From: Reclinomonas americana ATCC 50394 | Lineage: Eukaryota | DNA: 35,095 nucleotides | Reading direction: 5' to 3' | NCBI GenBank assembly: GCA_048213135.1 | Contig: PS015241.1 | Coordinates: 66,505-101,599 of the forward strand | Shown here: positions 33,113 to 35,095 of the stretch, piece by piece | Position numbering within the stretch: position 1 is the first letter of the stretch | Layout of the letters: every line of letters starts with the position of its first letter | Position numbers and translations under genes: made by a program | The notes under the pieces: model-generated | What the model was told of the DNA's origin: nothing | Database searches by the model: none | Seen by the model: only the letters and a program-made list of their open reading frames with translations

Positions 33113-33615
33113 GTCATGCAGCAGTGAGATCCGACAACTTCCCTTTCTCACGATCAATGCAAGGAAGCTGAGATGAAGCAGCGAGATGCGACCCAGCCTC
33201 CGCCACTCCCCACTGCATCACCAGCCACTGTCTCTCCCTGATGACTTCTGATGCAGTGTGCAGTCTGAGGATGGTCGAGACTGTCTTTTCCTGCATGTGT
33301 CAAAGTGGCAGCGAGTCTGTTATTCAGAAGTGATGGTGCCCTTGGCTTTGATCAGCTGGGTACGGACGTCTAGATCGGTGAATGAGTGAGATAGTTTGTT
33401 GTGCATGCGATTAGGAGGAGCGAGTCTGCTGCTTGGAGGAGATGCTGCTGTTATGATCTTCTCTGTTGCGCACTTCGCTGGCTTGTGTGAGCGAAGAGCA
33501 AGAGTGAGACAACTGATGTGTGCGATTTTCACCTCACGCTCTCTGCTCTTGTATGCGTCTCCAATTCTTCTCGTGTGCTCTTTTTCTTTCGTTGGAGGGG
33601 TTGTCACCTCGTGCA

Positions 33616-34003
33616 TCATCGACCATGGCGTCGACGCTCCGCCCGCTGCTGCATCTCCTGCTGCAGTGCGCGCAATTCCTGTCGCAGCGCCGTCTCTCTC
33701 GCCACCCTGTGCCATCGCACACCATGAGCAGACAGTCACTCTTTTCTCTCGTCAGTGATCCACGCACTGCTCTCCGTGCTGTCTCGTCAGTTCCTCCAGC
33801 TCCAGCTCCAGCTCTCGTGCCTCGTCTTCCAGTTGCGAGTTGACGAACAGCAGACCTGTCATTAGCACAGAAGAGTGAGAAGAAGAGTGGGCGCAGTACT
33901 GTGCTGGGGGTGTTCACCATTCTCCTCCCGTTCACTCTTGGCGGCGGCCTCCTCGACAGAGAGTCGCTGCTGGCGGCAGTCCTTGAGCACGGTACACTGC
34001 AGT
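33616..34003 (-). CDS. 3' exons of a coiled-coil protein (upstream exons unresolved)
   Basis: Exons about 34003-33918, 33855-33768 and 33706-33616, with 62- and 61-nt GT-AG introns, give VLKDCRQQRLSVEEAAAKSEREENGLLFVNSQLEDEARELELELEELTRQHGEQVARETALRQELRALQQEMQQRAERRRHGR*, a heptad-like E/Q/L/R-rich sequence. Confidence 0.7.
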
Positions 34004-34779
34004 CTGCAATGTGGGGGTGAGCATCGTAGTCACTGCTTTCCTTCTTTCGTTGAGGGAATGATGAGAACGAAAGGATTGGTGGCAGTTTCCTTTTTTTCCC
34101 TGTCCCATTCTTATGTCTCGTTTCTCTCCATTCTCTTACTTCGATCCACTTGCACGCAACAGCAACAATCAACTCAGTATGCGAAATAGGTCATGTCGTC
34201 ACAGAAACAGAACGGGACAATGATATCTGCCGCTGTATGTTTCCCTCATTAGCTCCGGATCTGGCAATTCCATACTTGCTCCTTGTTCGCTGTCTCTCCG
34301 TCTCTTCACACCATCACGTGCCGATTGCAAGTTGTAGCTCTCTCACTTCCACGATCTCTTGTCTCTTTCCCTTGTCCCACCACTTCCAGCATCCCCAACA
34401 AGTGGCACAGGGTGAAGACGTGCCCTGTTAACACTCTCGCTTCCCCCTTCGATTCTCATCGCCCTTCCCACGATATATTGTCTCCTTCCGTGAACCAATG
34501 CCAAAGGTAGGAACGGGATGCCCCAACAGCACTTTCGCTCTCTTCTCCCTGCCCCTTTCCCCTTTCCCCGTTGTCCCGCTTTACCTCTCATTTCTCTGCT
34601 TCTCCCTCCGTACTGCGAGAGGGGTGAAGAGAGGGGGTAGGAGGAGAGAGTGAGAAGGGGAGGGGAGAGGGCGGAGGGGGAAAGGTGGAGAGACAGGATG
34701 AAAAGGGGAAGGCAGGCAGATTGATACAGTAAGAGAATGGGAAGCGAAAGAGAGAGAGAGACAGGCGAGCTCGCAGGAT

Positions 34780-35095
34780 GCGTTTCCCCATTCCCCCTCT
34801 CCCTCATTCCCCTTTCCCCCTTTCCCCCATTCCACCGTCCCACCTTCCCCCTCTCCCCCTTTCCCCTTTCCACCTTTCCCCGTTCACCTTTCCCCTTTCC
34901 CCCGTTCACCTTTCCCCTTTCCCCCTTTCACCTTTCCCCTTTCCCCCTTTCACCTTTCCCCTTTCCCGCATTCCCCCATTCCCTTTCCACCTTTCCCCCT
35001 TTCACCTTTCCCCCTTTCACCTTGCCCCTTTCCCCCATTCCCCCTCTCCCCAATTCCCCCATTCCCCCATTCCCTTTCCCCCTTTTCCCCCTTTC
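34780..35095. repeat. (TTTCCCC)n-like tract (GGGGAAA on the minus strand)
   Basis: Directly visible; probably the purine-rich 5' arm of an intron of the minus-strand gene. Confidence 0.9.

Overview
Intron-rich, microsatellite-laden eukaryotic (protist-like) draft scaffold with many N gaps; the organism cannot be identified from sequence alone. All gene models were spliced by hand. Left to right: (1) a head-to-tail array of at least four intronless 7-repeat WD40 genes sharing a helical C-terminal tail; (2) two co-oriented multi-exon secretory-pathway glycosyltransferases (GT31-like, then GT77/Nucleotid_trans-like), separated by tandem repeats and apparently sharing an N-terminal module; (3) two paralogous 72-aa Gly/Ala-rich hydrophobic microprotein genes that the ORF track does not capture, one with an 11-nt microexon; (4) a 13-exon PAK/STE20 kinase with a degenerate CRIB; (5) a telomere-like (GAGGGTT)n tract; (6) an HPS5/TECPR2-family gene; (7) the 3' exons of a minus-strand coiled-coil gene. 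Two gap-bounded contigs (1783-2611 and 16671-17402) look inverted, because flipping each one rebuilds a split gene. Long introns often have purine-rich 5' and complementary pyrimidine-rich 3' arms, and several donors read GTT(G/C)CG. No rRNA, tRNA, CRISPR array or transposase was recognised.
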